A stretch of DNA of 64,000 nucleotides, taken from IMG/VR virus record IMGVR_UViG_3300020049_016424, positions 96,001 through 160,000 of that record. One strand, 5' to 3'. A program made the position numbers and the translations under genes. Of the stretch, positions 1 through 8,638 are shown piece by piece. The notes under the pieces were generated by a model. The model saw nothing but the letters and a program-made list of their open reading frames with translations. It had not been told where the DNA came from and searched no databases. Source of the DNA: a virus (Duplodnaviria; Caudoviricetes). How positions within the stretch are numbered: position 1 is the stretch's first letter; each line of letters opens with the position of its first letter.

Positions 1-38
1 TGCGTGGCACGCCACGGCCCCACAAAGGCGTGCTTCAT
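1..38 (-). CDS. MKH/YDxFGR-family small protein, copy 4 (5' end only, runs off window edge)
   Basis: Reverse complement of 1-38 reads MKHAFVGPWRAT, nearly identical to the N-terminus of 35..352; its ATG overlaps that gene's stop (ATGA). Confidence 0.75.
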   Translation of the reverse strand, partial: MKHAFVGPWRAT

Positions 39-352
39 GGTCGGGCCATGGCGTAGGCGCGCAGACGTTCGTGGATGTCCGGGCAGCGAACTCCCCCGAA
101 CCACCGCGTAACACGCATCCCTGCGGCACTGAACGTGTAACGCGGGCGTCCGCGCCGACGCAACAAGCCTCCAGGTAACAGGGTTGTCCGCGTCTTGTCT
201 CGCGAGGCTACAAGTGTGTTCAAACTGACGCATGCCCGGCCAAACTCATCGTATTCCCATTCTCGGACCTCAAGTAGCCCATGCGAGAGGAGGCGCACGT
301 CTTCGTGTGGGTATGTGCTGCCCTGCCAAGGCCCGACAAATGCATGTTTCAT
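35..352 (-). CDS. MKH/YDxFGR-family small hypothetical protein, copy 3
   Basis: 105 aa, AAGGAGG SD upstream; MKHAFVGPW...WEYDEFGRACV. Confidence 0.8.
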   Translation of the reverse strand: MKHAFVGPWQGSTYPHEDVRLLSHGLLEVREWEYDEFGRACVSLNTLVASRDKTRTTLLPGGLLRRRGRPRYTFSAAGMRVTRWFGGVRCPDIHERLRAYAMARP

Positions 353-367
353 GGTCGATGCCTCCTT

Positions 368-685
368 TCAGCCCGGCCGCAACCGATGGCGCCTAGCCCG
401 CGCAGGCACCGATCGACAAAACACCCCGTTGAAGACGATCAGCTCCTCACCATAGACACCTGCCTGCGCAAAAGCAGGGAGAGCCTTCAAGCCGCCTGGA
501 AGGCTGAAAGACGTCGAGGCTGCGCGCAAGCCGTCGTAGGGCATGATGACCCGCGTTCCACGCCCAAACGCGTCGTAGGCCCGGCAACGCGATTCCGTCC
601 AGTGGTTGTGGGTTTGCCGGTACTGCCAATGCCCGTGCGGGTACACAACACACTGCCACGGTGTGCGCAAGAATATGTGCTTCAT
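368..685 (-). CDS. MKH/YDxFGR-family small hypothetical protein, copy 2
   Basis: Start re-assigned to MKHIFLRTPW at 685 (ATGA overlap with 682..990); contains RAYDAFGRGT. Confidence 0.75.
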   Translation of the reverse strand: MKHIFLRTPWQCVVYPHGHWQYRQTHNHWTESRCRAYDAFGRGTRVIMPYDGLRAASTSFSLPGGLKALPAFAQAGVYGEELIVFNGVFCRSVPARARRHRLRPG

Positions 686-990
686 GGCGCTTTTTCCTGT
701 GCACGGATGCGGCGTGTGAGACGCGCTGCTGGCCCTTGGTTCAGTTCGTCGCCAAACCACACTACCAGGGGCCACCGGATGCCGGCGTCAGCGTACGCGG
801 GCGCGTATTCGAGGGGGCCCGAAGTGCCGACGCTTTTACGCAAAATCCCGCGACGTATTGGGGCTACGCAACTACGTCCGAATTCGTCATATGCAATGAT
901 CCGGCCCTCCCACCATCCGGAAGAGGTCTGGCGAAACTGCCCGTTCTTCAGCGCGCTCAGTCGCCACGCTCCAACACTTGTGTGCTTCAT
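682..990 (-). CDS. MKH/YDxFGR-family small hypothetical protein, copy 1
   Basis: 102 aa, AAGGAGG SD; MKHTSVGAW...IAYDEFGRSCV. Confidence 0.8.
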   Translation of the reverse strand: MKHTSVGAWRLSALKNGQFRQTSSGWWEGRIIAYDEFGRSCVAPIRRGILRKSVGTSGPLEYAPAYADAGIRWPLVVWFGDELNQGPAARLTRRIRAQEKAP

Positions 991-1001
991 GTGCCTCCTT
1001 G

Positions 1002-4000
1002 TTATACGACGAATGCGTCCTCCTTCAACATCGTGAGGAGCTCTTGCTCTTCTACGACGCCCTCATCGATCTCTTGCCACAGGTGCTCGAGCCGGCCTGC
1101 GTTCTGCTGCAGATACTTCTCGAGCGGCATGAGCTCGCCGTAGGACGGTCCGACTTCCATGTCCATCTTGAACGGCACTGGGAGCCAGGGGTACTTCTCT
1201 TTGACCCGCGTTTCTCCGTAGTAGGCGAGCCAGGGCTGCAGGCTCTTGAGCAGGCGTTTGGGCCACTGCAGCACCAGCGAGTCGTGCACCGTCAGCAAGA
1301 GCCGCACGCCGTAGGTGTGCAGCGGACGGTGGATGCCCCATTCGGGCCAGGTCTGGTCACTTCGAATGATTTCATCGATCTCGACCAGGCGGTCGATGAC
1401 GATGTCGCTCGAGGTGCTCTGGATCTTGAAGTTGCCGGCCTGGCGCTGGGCGCGGCTGCGATGCCGCGACACCTTTACGAGCGGGAATCGCCGACGACGC
1501 CCGAAGAACGTCTCGACGTACTGATCTCGCGCAACGAGGAAGTGCGTCTCTTCGATGTACTCTTTGATGGCAGGGAACATCCGGAAGAGCAGGTCGATGA
1601 CATCCTGCGCCTCTTTCACGTCCTTGCCGATCGTCTCTGCGATCTTGTTCGCACCCGCACCGTAGAGGATGCCGAAGACGGTGCGCTTGATCTGGGTGCG
1701 AAGGGTGTCGAGCAGCTTCCGGTAGGCCGGGTCGGGGAGGAGGTCCTCTCGTCCGCGGTTCTCGAAGTCCTCGTACGGGTGCCCGAAGACCGTCGACGCG
1801 AAGAACGAGTGCATGTCGAGGCCGTTGTTGAGCGCCTCGATCAGCTTCGGGTCACGGGCATAGGCCGTGAATACCCGCACCTCGGCGCCTTTGTAGTCGG
1901 CGTTGACGACGACGAACTCGTCGGGGTCGTCTGAGATGAACAGCTTCTTGATCGAGAAGCCGCCGAGCTTGCTCGGGGTGTTCTGCAGGTTCTGGTCGGA
2001 GCTCGAAAGGCGTCCGGTGCCCGTACCGTTGATGTGGAACGAGGTGTGGAGTTTGCCGTCGCGCTTCGAGAGCACGCGCGTATTCACGAGGAACGTGTCG
2101 CGGGCCTTCAGCGCCTTCTTGTACAAGAAGAGCTGCTCGAGGAAATAGCTCTCCTTGCGCAGCACCTTCGTCGGCTTGCCTCGTTCGTCCCGCGCCGTGC
2201 CGTCGTCGTACACGATGTAGGGCATGAGCGCCTTCGCAGCGGTGCTCTCGGCGCCCTTCTTCGTCAGCTCCCGGCACTCGACCGGCGCCATTTGCGTGCC
2301 GTCCGGGTGGGTCCAGCGCGCATGGTAAAGCAGCCAGGCGAGGTGTGCGCCGCTGTTGATGTTGAAGGGAGCGCCGTTGACGTAGTGCGTCGGAGCCATC
2401 TTCACGAGCTCGGTCTTGGTGCGCTCGATGACCTCGGTGAGGCCCTTCTCGAGGACCTCGGCGTACTCGAGATCGATGCGCATCCCGTAGTACTCCATGC
2501 GTCCAAGGGCGCGGGAGGCGGGGATGCCGTGACTCTGCATGAGTTTGCGCGTGTTCGAGGCGAGCCCCTTGGCGCGGACCATGCGCCGGGCGTCGACCTC
2601 TCGGATGCGCTCGGTGCGGAGCAGCGTGGCGACCGACGCGTCCTCGGCCTCTCTGCGGAGCCGCTCGCCCTGCAGGAGGGTGAGCTGCCGTGTCACGTCG
2701 CCGTCGACCGCGCCATAGATCTGAAGCTCGCGCAGGGGCACCTTCTCGAACCCGGCGTCGGTCGTGAAGTCGCGTTCCTTCTTCGTCCGCGGGTCTTTGG
2801 GCTCCTCGGGGGCCTTGGCCAGCCGGGCAGGCTTCGCAGGCCGCGTCGACATCAGCAGGGGCTTCGGCGCTGGCTGGTAGGCCTCCCAGGCGCCCAGCGC
2901 CGCGTCATAGGCTTGCAAGGCCTGCGCGTACGCTGCGTCCGTTTCCTCGGTAGCCTCGCGCGCAGGCAGTTTCTTCGGCTTCTCTGGGCGCTTGCCCCGT
3001 TTGGGCAACGCCTCCCAGCCGGCAAGCGCGTCTCGGTACGTCGCCACTGTTGCCGCGTGCGCCGCGACCTGCTCTTCGTAGCGCGCCATCTCCTCGTCCC
3101 ACGCGGCCTTCTCGACCTCGAAGGCCTGCAGCGCCGCGAGGTGCACCTGCAGCGCCTCGAGATACGCCGTATGCTCGAACGCCGGCATGGCACTGAGGGT
3201 GTCGAGCTTGTCCGAAAGCAGGGCGTACTCGGACTCGTCGACGGTCTCGAGGATGTCGAAGAGCTTGTCCTCGTACCCGCAGAAATGCGGCAGCCACACC
3301 GCAGTGAGGGCCTTGAGTCCGTAGTTGCCCTTCTTGTCCTCGTCGAGGAGGTGCTCGCCGACGAGGGTGCACCAACGCACGTTACGCACCGGCATGCCGT
3401 AGCGGAGTTCGATGAACTTGAGATCGAACTTCGCGTTGTGCAGCGTCTTGGGCTTCGGGGACGCGAGCAGCTCCCGAATCTTGACCTCGAGCTCGGGAAG
3501 ACGGTCAAGATACTCGGGGGGCGCGTGGGGGTGGTCGAAGAGAATGGTTGCCGACTGGTGCTTGTCCCAAGCGAAGCAGAACGCGATGATCTTCGAGTCC
3601 GGCTTCTCCGCGCGCAGCGTTGTCGTCTCGGTGTCGATGCTCAGCAGCTGCGCGTCCTTCGCGTCGCCACCGTAGTCGAGGATCTCTTGGACGACTTCGA
3701 GAGCCTCATCCATGTCGACAGGCGTGCGGTAGAGCTTCGTGAGCTCCTCGAGCGACGTCGTGAGCCCGTGCCCACGCTCGAGCCGTTCGTAGCCGTTGAT
3801 GAGGTCCTGCTTGAACGTCTCGTAGAGTCCTTGCGCGGCCGTCAGCGCCTTCTCGGAGAAGGTGACGAGCACGGGGGCGGAGAGCCCCGTCGCCTCGGGC
3901 TCGAGCACCCGGCCGCGCACGTCCGTGTGCTTCGACAAGATGCCGAGCTGCTTGAGCGCGGTGGCGCCGAACGCGACGATCAGCCGCGGCGTCACTTCTT

Positions 4001-4349
4001 CTACGACTTCCTTCAGCCGGGGCGCACAGGCGCGCAGGCAGGCGGCCGTGGGCTTTTCGTCGGGGTTCGCCGGAGCGCATTGCACAGCAGGCGCGATGCG
4101 GCGCGTGTACTTCTGGAAGGCCCGGTGAGCCTTGAAGATCTCGAAGAACGTCGTGCTCATCACGCTGGCGGTGGCGCCGGCGCTGCCGAAGTCCGCGGTG
4201 ACGATGTCAGAAGCCTCAGGCTGCGTGAACACCATCAAGATGTCCGCGTGAAGCGTGTCTTTTCGAACAGGGAGGGAGACCCGCGTGCGTCCGCACTCGA
4301 GGCGCGGACAGGCGGCACACTTTGGGGGTTTCTGCATAGGGAGGTTCAT
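1002..4349 (-). CDS. polA: Family A DNA polymerase with N-terminal uracil-DNA-glycosylase-like domain and 3'-5' exonuclease
   Basis: ExoI IDTET, ExoII HNAKFD, ExoIII YGAVD; TGRLSSSDQNLQN, motif A ADYKGAEVR, motif B KRTVFGILYG, motif C TVHDS; N-terminal CxxC...CAP...C...PRLIVAFGATA resembles family-4 UDG. Confidence 0.95.
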   Translation of the reverse strand: MNLPMQKPPKCAACPRLECGRTRVSLPVRKDTLHADILMVFTQPEASDIVTADFGSAGATASVMSTTFFEIFKAHRAFQKYTRRIAPAVQCAPANPDEKPTAACLRACAPRLKEVVEEVTPRLIVAFGATALKQLGILSKHTDVRGRVLEPEATGLSAPVLVTFSEKALTAAQGLYETFKQDLINGYERLERGHGLTTSLEELTKLYRTPVDMDEALEVVQEILDYGGDAKDAQLLSIDTETTTLRAEKPDSKIIAFCFAWDKHQSATILFDHPHAPPEYLDRLPELEVKIRELLASPKPKTLHNAKFDLKFIELRYGMPVRNVRWCTLVGEHLLDEDKKGNYGLKALTAVWLPHFCGYEDKLFDILETVDESEYALLSDKLDTLSAMPAFEHTAYLEALQVHLAALQAFEVEKAAWDEEMARYEEQVAAHAATVATYRDALAGWEALPKRGKRPEKPKKLPAREATEETDAAYAQALQAYDAALGAWEAYQPAPKPLLMSTRPAKPARLAKAPEEPKDPRTKKERDFTTDAGFEKVPLRELQIYGAVDGDVTRQLTLLQGERLRREAEDASVATLLRTERIREVDARRMVRAKGLASNTRKLMQSHGIPASRALGRMEYYGMRIDLEYAEVLEKGLTEVIERTKTELVKMAPTHYVNGAPFNINSGAHLAWLLYHARWTHPDGTQMAPVECRELTKKGAESTAAKALMPYIVYDDGTARDERGKPTKVLRKESYFLEQLFLYKKALKARDTFLVNTRVLSKRDGKLHTSFHINGTGTGRLSSSDQNLQNTPSKLGGFSIKKLFISDDPDEFVVVNADYKGAEVRVFTAYARDPKLIEALNNGLDMHSFFASTVFGHPYEDFENRGREDLLPDPAYRKLLDTLRTQIKRTVFGILYGAGANKIAETIGKDVKEAQDVIDLLFRMFPAIKEYIEETHFLVARDQYVETFFGRRRRFPLVKVSRHRSRAQRQAGNFKIQSTSSDIVIDRLVEIDEIIRSDQTWPEWGIHRPLHTYGVRLLLTVHDSLVLQWPKRLLKSLQPWLAYYGETRVKEKYPWLPVPFKMDMEVGPSYGELMPLEKYLQQNAGRLEHLWQEIDEGVVEEQELLTMLKEDAFVV

Positions 4350-4361
4350 AGAGAAAGGGGG

Positions 4362-5174
4362 TTAGTTATCCAGGCCTTCTACCACAACTTTGGGCTCTCT
4401 TGGGACGCGCTCGGGGATCACAGCGACGTCACACAGTTGCTTGTAGTCGCAGAACTGGCAGGCCTTTTTGGAGGGTTTGGGTTCGTACTCACGCAGACCT
4501 TCTGCGCGGTCTTTGAGTACCTTCAGCAGCCGCGGCTTGTATAGCTCCTTGATGCGGTTCGCGGGGTATGGCGGAGTCCACTCTACCTTCTCGAACGCTA
4601 CGTAGTGCAGCGCCACCTGCACAGACCGCAGGTTGGGGATGTGCGCCTGCGCGAGCACCGCGTACGTCTCGAGCTGCAGCGCGTAGTAGTCGGGCGGCCG
4701 GAGCCTCCCGCTCTTGTGGTCGATGATGAGAACTCTCCCTCCACCGAGGACGAACGTGAGATCGAGAGCGCCGCGGAAGAGCGCGGCAGGGTCGTCGTAG
4801 CCGCAAGGTTTGTAGTCGTGGCCGATCGCCCACTGTTGTTCGAGCAGCATCTGCTCGACGGGCTGCTTGTCTTTGAAGCCATCGATACGGTTCAGGAATG
4901 CGATGATGGGCGGCAAGAGCTTACGCACCGACCGCTCTTCGGTCGTGGTGAGGCTCGGAAACTCCACGATAGACTCTTCGAGGGCTTGCAGTGGCGGCGT
5001 CCCCGCGAGAGCCTTCTCGAGCACTCGGTGCCCTACCGTGCCTACCTTGGCCGCAGAGCCTTCGTGACGGGGCTGTTTGTCGACGTAACGGTACTTGAAC
5101 GCCCGGGGGCATCGCCCTGCGAGATCGCTCTTGCTGTGAGACCAAGGCGCATGGTTGTTGTAGTGGTCAGCCAT
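4362..5174 (-). CDS. PD-(D/E)XK (RecB/Cas4-like) exonuclease with probable Fe-S cysteines
   Basis: WSHS..CPR..Y, G..GH..LE, GALD...IIDHKSG, QL..YA, C-terminal CxxCxxxxxC; start set at MADHY. Confidence 0.85.
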   Translation of the reverse strand: MADHYNNHAPWSHSKSDLAGRCPRAFKYRYVDKQPRHEGSAAKVGTVGHRVLEKALAGTPPLQALEESIVEFPSLTTTEERSVRKLLPPIIAFLNRIDGFKDKQPVEQMLLEQQWAIGHDYKPCGYDDPAALFRGALDLTFVLGGGRVLIIDHKSGRLRPPDYYALQLETYAVLAQAHIPNLRSVQVALHYVAFEKVEWTPPYPANRIKELYKPRLLKVLKDRAEGLREYEPKPSKKACQFCDYKQLCDVAVIPERVPREPKVVVEGLDN

Positions 5175-5202
5175 AGCCACACAGTCTATAGGGCTTTGGG
5201 CT

Positions 5203-5247
5203 AAAAAGAAAGCCCCATGCACCCCTTTTTAGGGGGTACACAGGGCG
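5203..5247 (-). terminator. Probable intrinsic terminator after the SSB-like gene
   Basis: Minus-strand GC hairpin (gccctgtgtacccc...ggggtgcatggggc) followed by tttcttttt. Confidence 0.55.
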
Positions 5248-5272
5248 TTCCTCGCTGCAGGCTATCTGCGGC

Positions 5273-6220
5273 TCAGAGCGTGCCCTCGAGATCGCCGTTG
5301 CCGTCCTTGCCGCTGCCGGCTCCGATGGCGTGGGTGGCCCCGTAGGCCTCACGTCGCGCGACGGCCAGGTCGTACTTCGCCTTCACCAGGGCGCCCAGCG
5401 CCGCGGCTCCCGCGAAGGATCCTCCCGAGACCTTCACGCCGGTGGGCTTGACCTTCGGAACGAAGTACTCCTGCCCGTTCGAGTTCTTGTCCTTGTCGAC
5501 GGAGAGCTCCAGCACCGTCGCCCAGGTCGCAGGCGCCTGGTAGAACCGCTGGAAGGTCTTGCCGGTCTTCGCGGCGGTCTTGGCGAAGTTGAACGAGTAC
5601 ACCCCCGAGAAGTCCTCGAGCACCGCCGTGATGCCCCAGCCGCTCGAGCACTCGCTCTTCGCACCGTCGTCCCAGCGCGAGTACGGGCAGGCCTGGCACT
5701 CGCCGTACTTGCTGCCGTACTTGCCGTCGTTCGAGCTGCACTCCGGCGTCTCGCTGTTGGCGACGAAACGCGTACGCTTGCGGTGCTGGTGCAGCACGAT
5801 CAAACGCAGGGTGTTCCCGAGCGTCTTGCCCTGGCTCGAGTAGTACATACCCGGCTTGCAGTCGTCCGGCACCTTGTCGGCCTTCGTCATGGCCTGGCGG
5901 ATGTTGGCGGCAGGGACCGATGCGCCGCGGCTCGACTCGAGACCCTCGATGTGGGTCGCCGCGTAGGTCTGCATCTCGAGCAGGTGATCCTTGAGATCGG
6001 GGTACTGCTCGGCGGCGACCGCGAGGGCCTCGCCGGCAGCCATGATGCGTGTCTCGAAGGCCGATGCGTCGAACTGCACGTTGGGGCGTGCGAGGCTCGT
6101 ACCGGGGGCGGCCCCCGTGGGTGCGAGCTCGAGGCTCTCCGACTCGACGAGTTCCGGAGTGCTGATCTCGATGTCCGCGTCTTCGGACGGCGCAGGGGTC
6201 TTGGTGTTCTTCGTGCTCAT
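5273..6220 (-). CDS. Putative phage ssDNA-binding/annealing protein with Cys cluster
   Basis: CSSNDG..G..CQACPYSRW..C motif typical of phage replication-module SSB-like proteins; lies beside nuclease and polymerase. Confidence 0.5.
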   Translation of the reverse strand: MSTKNTKTPAPSEDADIEISTPELVESESLELAPTGAAPGTSLARPNVQFDASAFETRIMAAGEALAVAAEQYPDLKDHLLEMQTYAATHIEGLESSRGASVPAANIRQAMTKADKVPDDCKPGMYYSSQGKTLGNTLRLIVLHQHRKRTRFVANSETPECSSNDGKYGSKYGECQACPYSRWDDGAKSECSSGWGITAVLEDFSGVYSFNFAKTAAKTGKTFQRFYQAPATWATVLELSVDKDKNSNGQEYFVPKVKPTGVKVSGGSFAGAAALGALVKAKYDLAVARREAYGATHAIGAGSGKDGNGDLEGTL

Positions 6221-6293
6221 AGGCGTCTCTCACAGGGTAGGTAGAACTTGCAGGAGGGCTCCGGAGGCCCCATGCCCCCGTGGCCCATTCGGG

Positions 6294-7499
6294 TCACTTC
6301 TTGGGCTTCTTGGGGGCCTTCGGGGCCTTGGCTGCCTTCTCCTTCTTCGGCTTCTCGGCCTTGGGAGCCTTGGCTGCCTTCTCCTTCTTCGGTTTCTCGG
6401 CCTTGGGAGCCTTGGAGGCCTTCGCGGGCTTCTCGGCCTTGGGCGGCTTCGGAGCCTTGGGGGCCTCCGTGGGCTTCTCGGCCTTGGGCGGCTTCGGAGC
6501 CTTGGCCTTCTTCGGCTTCGAGGCCTTCTTGGCCGCCTTCTCGGCCTTCGCCGCGGCCTTGGCCTCCGCCTCGGCCAGCGCCTGCTCGGCCGCAGAGGCC
6601 TCCTTGACGGTGACGTAGGTCTGGCTGATCGAGAGCTTCTCGAAGGTGAGTTCGCCGTTCATGACCTTGAAGGCCGCCGCGAGCGCGTTGTAGAAGTCGC
6701 GCTCCTTCGCCGTCTTGGCCGTGTGCGCACGCACGTAGACGTGGGGCACGAAGCCCGCCAGCGTCTGCCGCGACGGCTTGCCCGTGTTCGCGTACTCGCG
6801 CTTCTTGCCCTTGGCCTTCACGTCGGCCTTGAGCGCCTTGCGCGCCTCCTTCTTGCTGCCGCCCGCCGCCTGGACCTGCGCGCTGAACGCCTTGAAGGCC
6901 GCCGCCTGGGCATCGTCGTCGAGGGTGACGAACTGCACGAGGTCGTGCGTGTAGAGCTCGCCCGCCCGCCACGCGTCGTGGATCTCGGGGATGAGCTTCT
7001 GGAAGCTCAGCAGCTCGGCGACACGCGGCTGTTGGATGCGCAGGACGCTCGCGATCTCGTACTGATCTTGGTACTGCGACCGCTTCACGGCTTCGAGGTA
7101 GTACTCGTACGGCGTGAGCTTCTGTCGGTGCGTGTTCGAGATCACCGCGGTGTCGCGGAGCTCGCCGGCGTCGCCCGCGGTCTCGTTGATGCTCAGCTTG
7201 CCGTTCGAGACGATCTCCTCGAACGCGGCGACCTCGTCGGGGTCCGTGCTGTTGCGCAACAGCTCGAGCGCGGTGTAGCGATGCATCCCGTCGACGACGA
7301 GCCACACCTCCTCGCCCATGCCGTCGTCGCCCGGACGCACCGTGAAGACGCACTTGATCTCTTCGAGCAGGCCGCGACTCTTGCCGGCGACCTTCTGCAG
7401 CATGCTCGCCTTCAGCTCCTGGACGAACTCCGGGTTGATGGCGCGGTGGTTCGTCGCGTACTCGCAGACGATCGACTTGTAGGGAACCTTCTTCGACAT
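6294..7499 (-). CDS. ParB/Srx-like protein with HTH and histone H1-like K/A/P tail
   Basis: LVVDGMHRYTAL (ParB box), N..R..L.P.E, QYEIASVLRIQQPRVAELL HTH, C-terminal KAPKPPKAEKP repeats. Confidence 0.8.
   Translation of the reverse strand: MSKKVPYKSIVCEYATNHRAINPEFVQELKASMLQKVAGKSRGLLEEIKCVFTVRPGDDGMGEEVWLVVDGMHRYTALELLRNSTDPDEVAAFEEIVSNGKLSINETAGDAGELRDTAVISNTHRQKLTPYEYYLEAVKRSQYQDQYEIASVLRIQQPRVAELLSFQKLIPEIHDAWRAGELYTHDLVQFVTLDDDAQAAAFKAFSAQVQAAGGSKKEARKALKADVKAKGKKREYANTGKPSRQTLAGFVPHVYVRAHTAKTAKERDFYNALAAAFKVMNGELTFEKLSISQTYVTVKEASAAEQALAEAEAKAAAKAEKAAKKASKPKKAKAPKPPKAEKPTEAPKAPKPPKAEKPAKASKAPKAEKPKKEKAAKAPKAEKPKKEKAAKAPKAPKKPKK
6297..6560 (-). repeat. Coding tandem repeats (KAPKAEKPKKEKAA / KAPKPPKAEKP)
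   Basis: Repeated ttctcggccttggg units in the DNA. Confidence 0.85.
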
Positions 7500-7521
7500 A
7501 GAACTCACTCAGAGGTAGGGG

Positions 7522-7842
7522 TTACGCGGCCGATGCCGCACGAAAATGGAGAGACTTGAGGAACGACAGAATGGCGTGCAGATGTTGCTTGTAGTCGGGG
7601 TGATCTTTCATCAGTTGCCGCAGCAGCTTCTCGAGGTTCCGGAGCTCGTCCCGAAACCCCTCCGCGAAGGAGGGGGCTGCGAGAATGCCCGAGAGGAGAA
7701 CCAGCGCCTTCGACAAGACGCGCGCGGCAGGGTGACGGGCGTTGCGAAGGAGGACACTCCCTAGCAGCACAGCGGTTTGAGCAAGGATCTGGGTGGCAGG
7801 ATGCCCCCAGGCGGCACGTAGCTGATCTCTCGTAGGACGCAT
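7522..7842 (-). CDS. Hypothetical protein, possibly membrane-associated
   Basis: ORF in operon with hydrophobic segments. Confidence 0.5.
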   Translation of the reverse strand: MRPTRDQLRAAWGHPATQILAQTAVLLGSVLLRNARHPAARVLSKALVLLSGILAAPSFAEGFRDELRNLEKLLRQLMKDHPDYKQHLHAILSFLKSLHFRAASAA

Positions 7843-7869
7843 GTTCCCTCTCACGAGGGCCCAGGGCCC

Positions 7870-8040
7870 TCAGGAGTTCTCGGCGACGTCCCGCTTCGGG
7901 AGGCGTCGCACACCGGTAGGTTCCACCCCGTCGGTGCTGTGCGCGTCGGTCACGTCTCCATGGCGCGGGCAGTACGGGGCGCCATCGCGGACCTCCATGG
8001 GAGAGTCACAACGAGGGCAGCTGACGGCGTACTTGTCCAT
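7870..8040 (-). CDS. Small zinc-ribbon protein (56 aa, absent from ORF track)
   Basis: MDKYAVSCPRCDSPMEVRDGAPYCPRHG...: CxxC...CxxH. Confidence 0.65.
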   Translation of the reverse strand: MDKYAVSCPRCDSPMEVRDGAPYCPRHGDVTDAHSTDGVEPTGVRRLPKRDVAENS

Positions 8041-8141
8041 AGGAGACCTACTTGAGGAGAGGAGCGTTGAATGAGGCTTTGAGGGGAGCTTTGAGGGTAG
8101 CGGAGGGACAGGGGCGAGGGAAGGGGCGTAGGCCCCCTACC

Positions 8142-8504
8142 TCACTCCTTGGTCGGCGCGTCGGGCGCCGCGGCGGCCTCACGCGGGCCGCGCGTCTTCG
8201 GCTCCTTCAGCTCGAAGACGCGCTCCTGCAGGAGGTCGTTGATGAGCCGGTGGATGCCGTCGTCGTTCTTCGTGTGCACGGTCGGGAGGATGAACGTCTG
8301 GCCTCGGTACGAGATCACGAGGTCGGGTGCGCCCGCCCCGAGATCTTCGAAGCCCTTCTTGACGCTCGCCGCGGTGCGCGTCTTGAACTCCTGCTGGTCG
8401 ATGAACGTCTGCGCCTCGGCGAGAGGCAGCCGGACCGCGTAGTCCTTCTTCTTGCGCGAGCAGTGCATGGAGACGGAGACTTCGATCTTCGAGTTGTCGG
8501 TCAT
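8142..8504 (-). CDS. Hypothetical protein
   Basis: 120 aa, genome-typical GC3 codon usage. Confidence 0.7.
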   Translation of the reverse strand: MTDNSKIEVSVSMHCSRKKKDYAVRLPLAEAQTFIDQQEFKTRTAASVKKGFEDLGAGAPDLVISYRGQTFILPTVHTKNDDGIHRLINDLLQERVFELKEPKTRGPREAAAAPDAPTKE

Positions 8505-8540
8505 GTCGTGACTTCTTTGCGTGTGAGGGGGGGTTCATGG

Positions 8541-8631
8541 ATTCAAGGAAGAAAGCGAGAGAGCGAGCAACCCGCGCGCTGAGTGGGTACGACGGGAAGA
8601 GGGACCCGCCCTCCCGCTTTCTTCCTTGAAT
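8541..8631 (-). other. Intergenic 27-bp RNA stem-loop (processing site or structured RNA)
   Basis: 17-bp perfect inverted repeat (8541-8557 / 8615-8631) extended by 10 bp with 3 G-U pairs on the minus strand only. Confidence 0.65.
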
Positions 8632-8638
8632 GATGCGA

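Noticed and set aside
1-990. YDxFGR as RHS/YD-repeat toxin, or the array as a DGR target
   Set aside because: Only one motif per small protein, no RHS core, and no reverse transcriptase or near-identical template repeat in the window.
2760-3260. Polymerase insertion as an intein
   Set aside because: No N-terminal C/S block, no HN-C/S/T end, no endonuclease motifs.
2034-4544. Long antisense/alternative-frame ORFs (e.g. 2034..4544, 17828..20191, 28864..31098, 47852..49612)
   Set aside because: Shadows of real genes caused by high GC3; no recognisable motifs.
8073-8130. G-run-rich intergenic stretch (possible G-quadruplex)
   Set aside because: Expected at this GC content; no other support.
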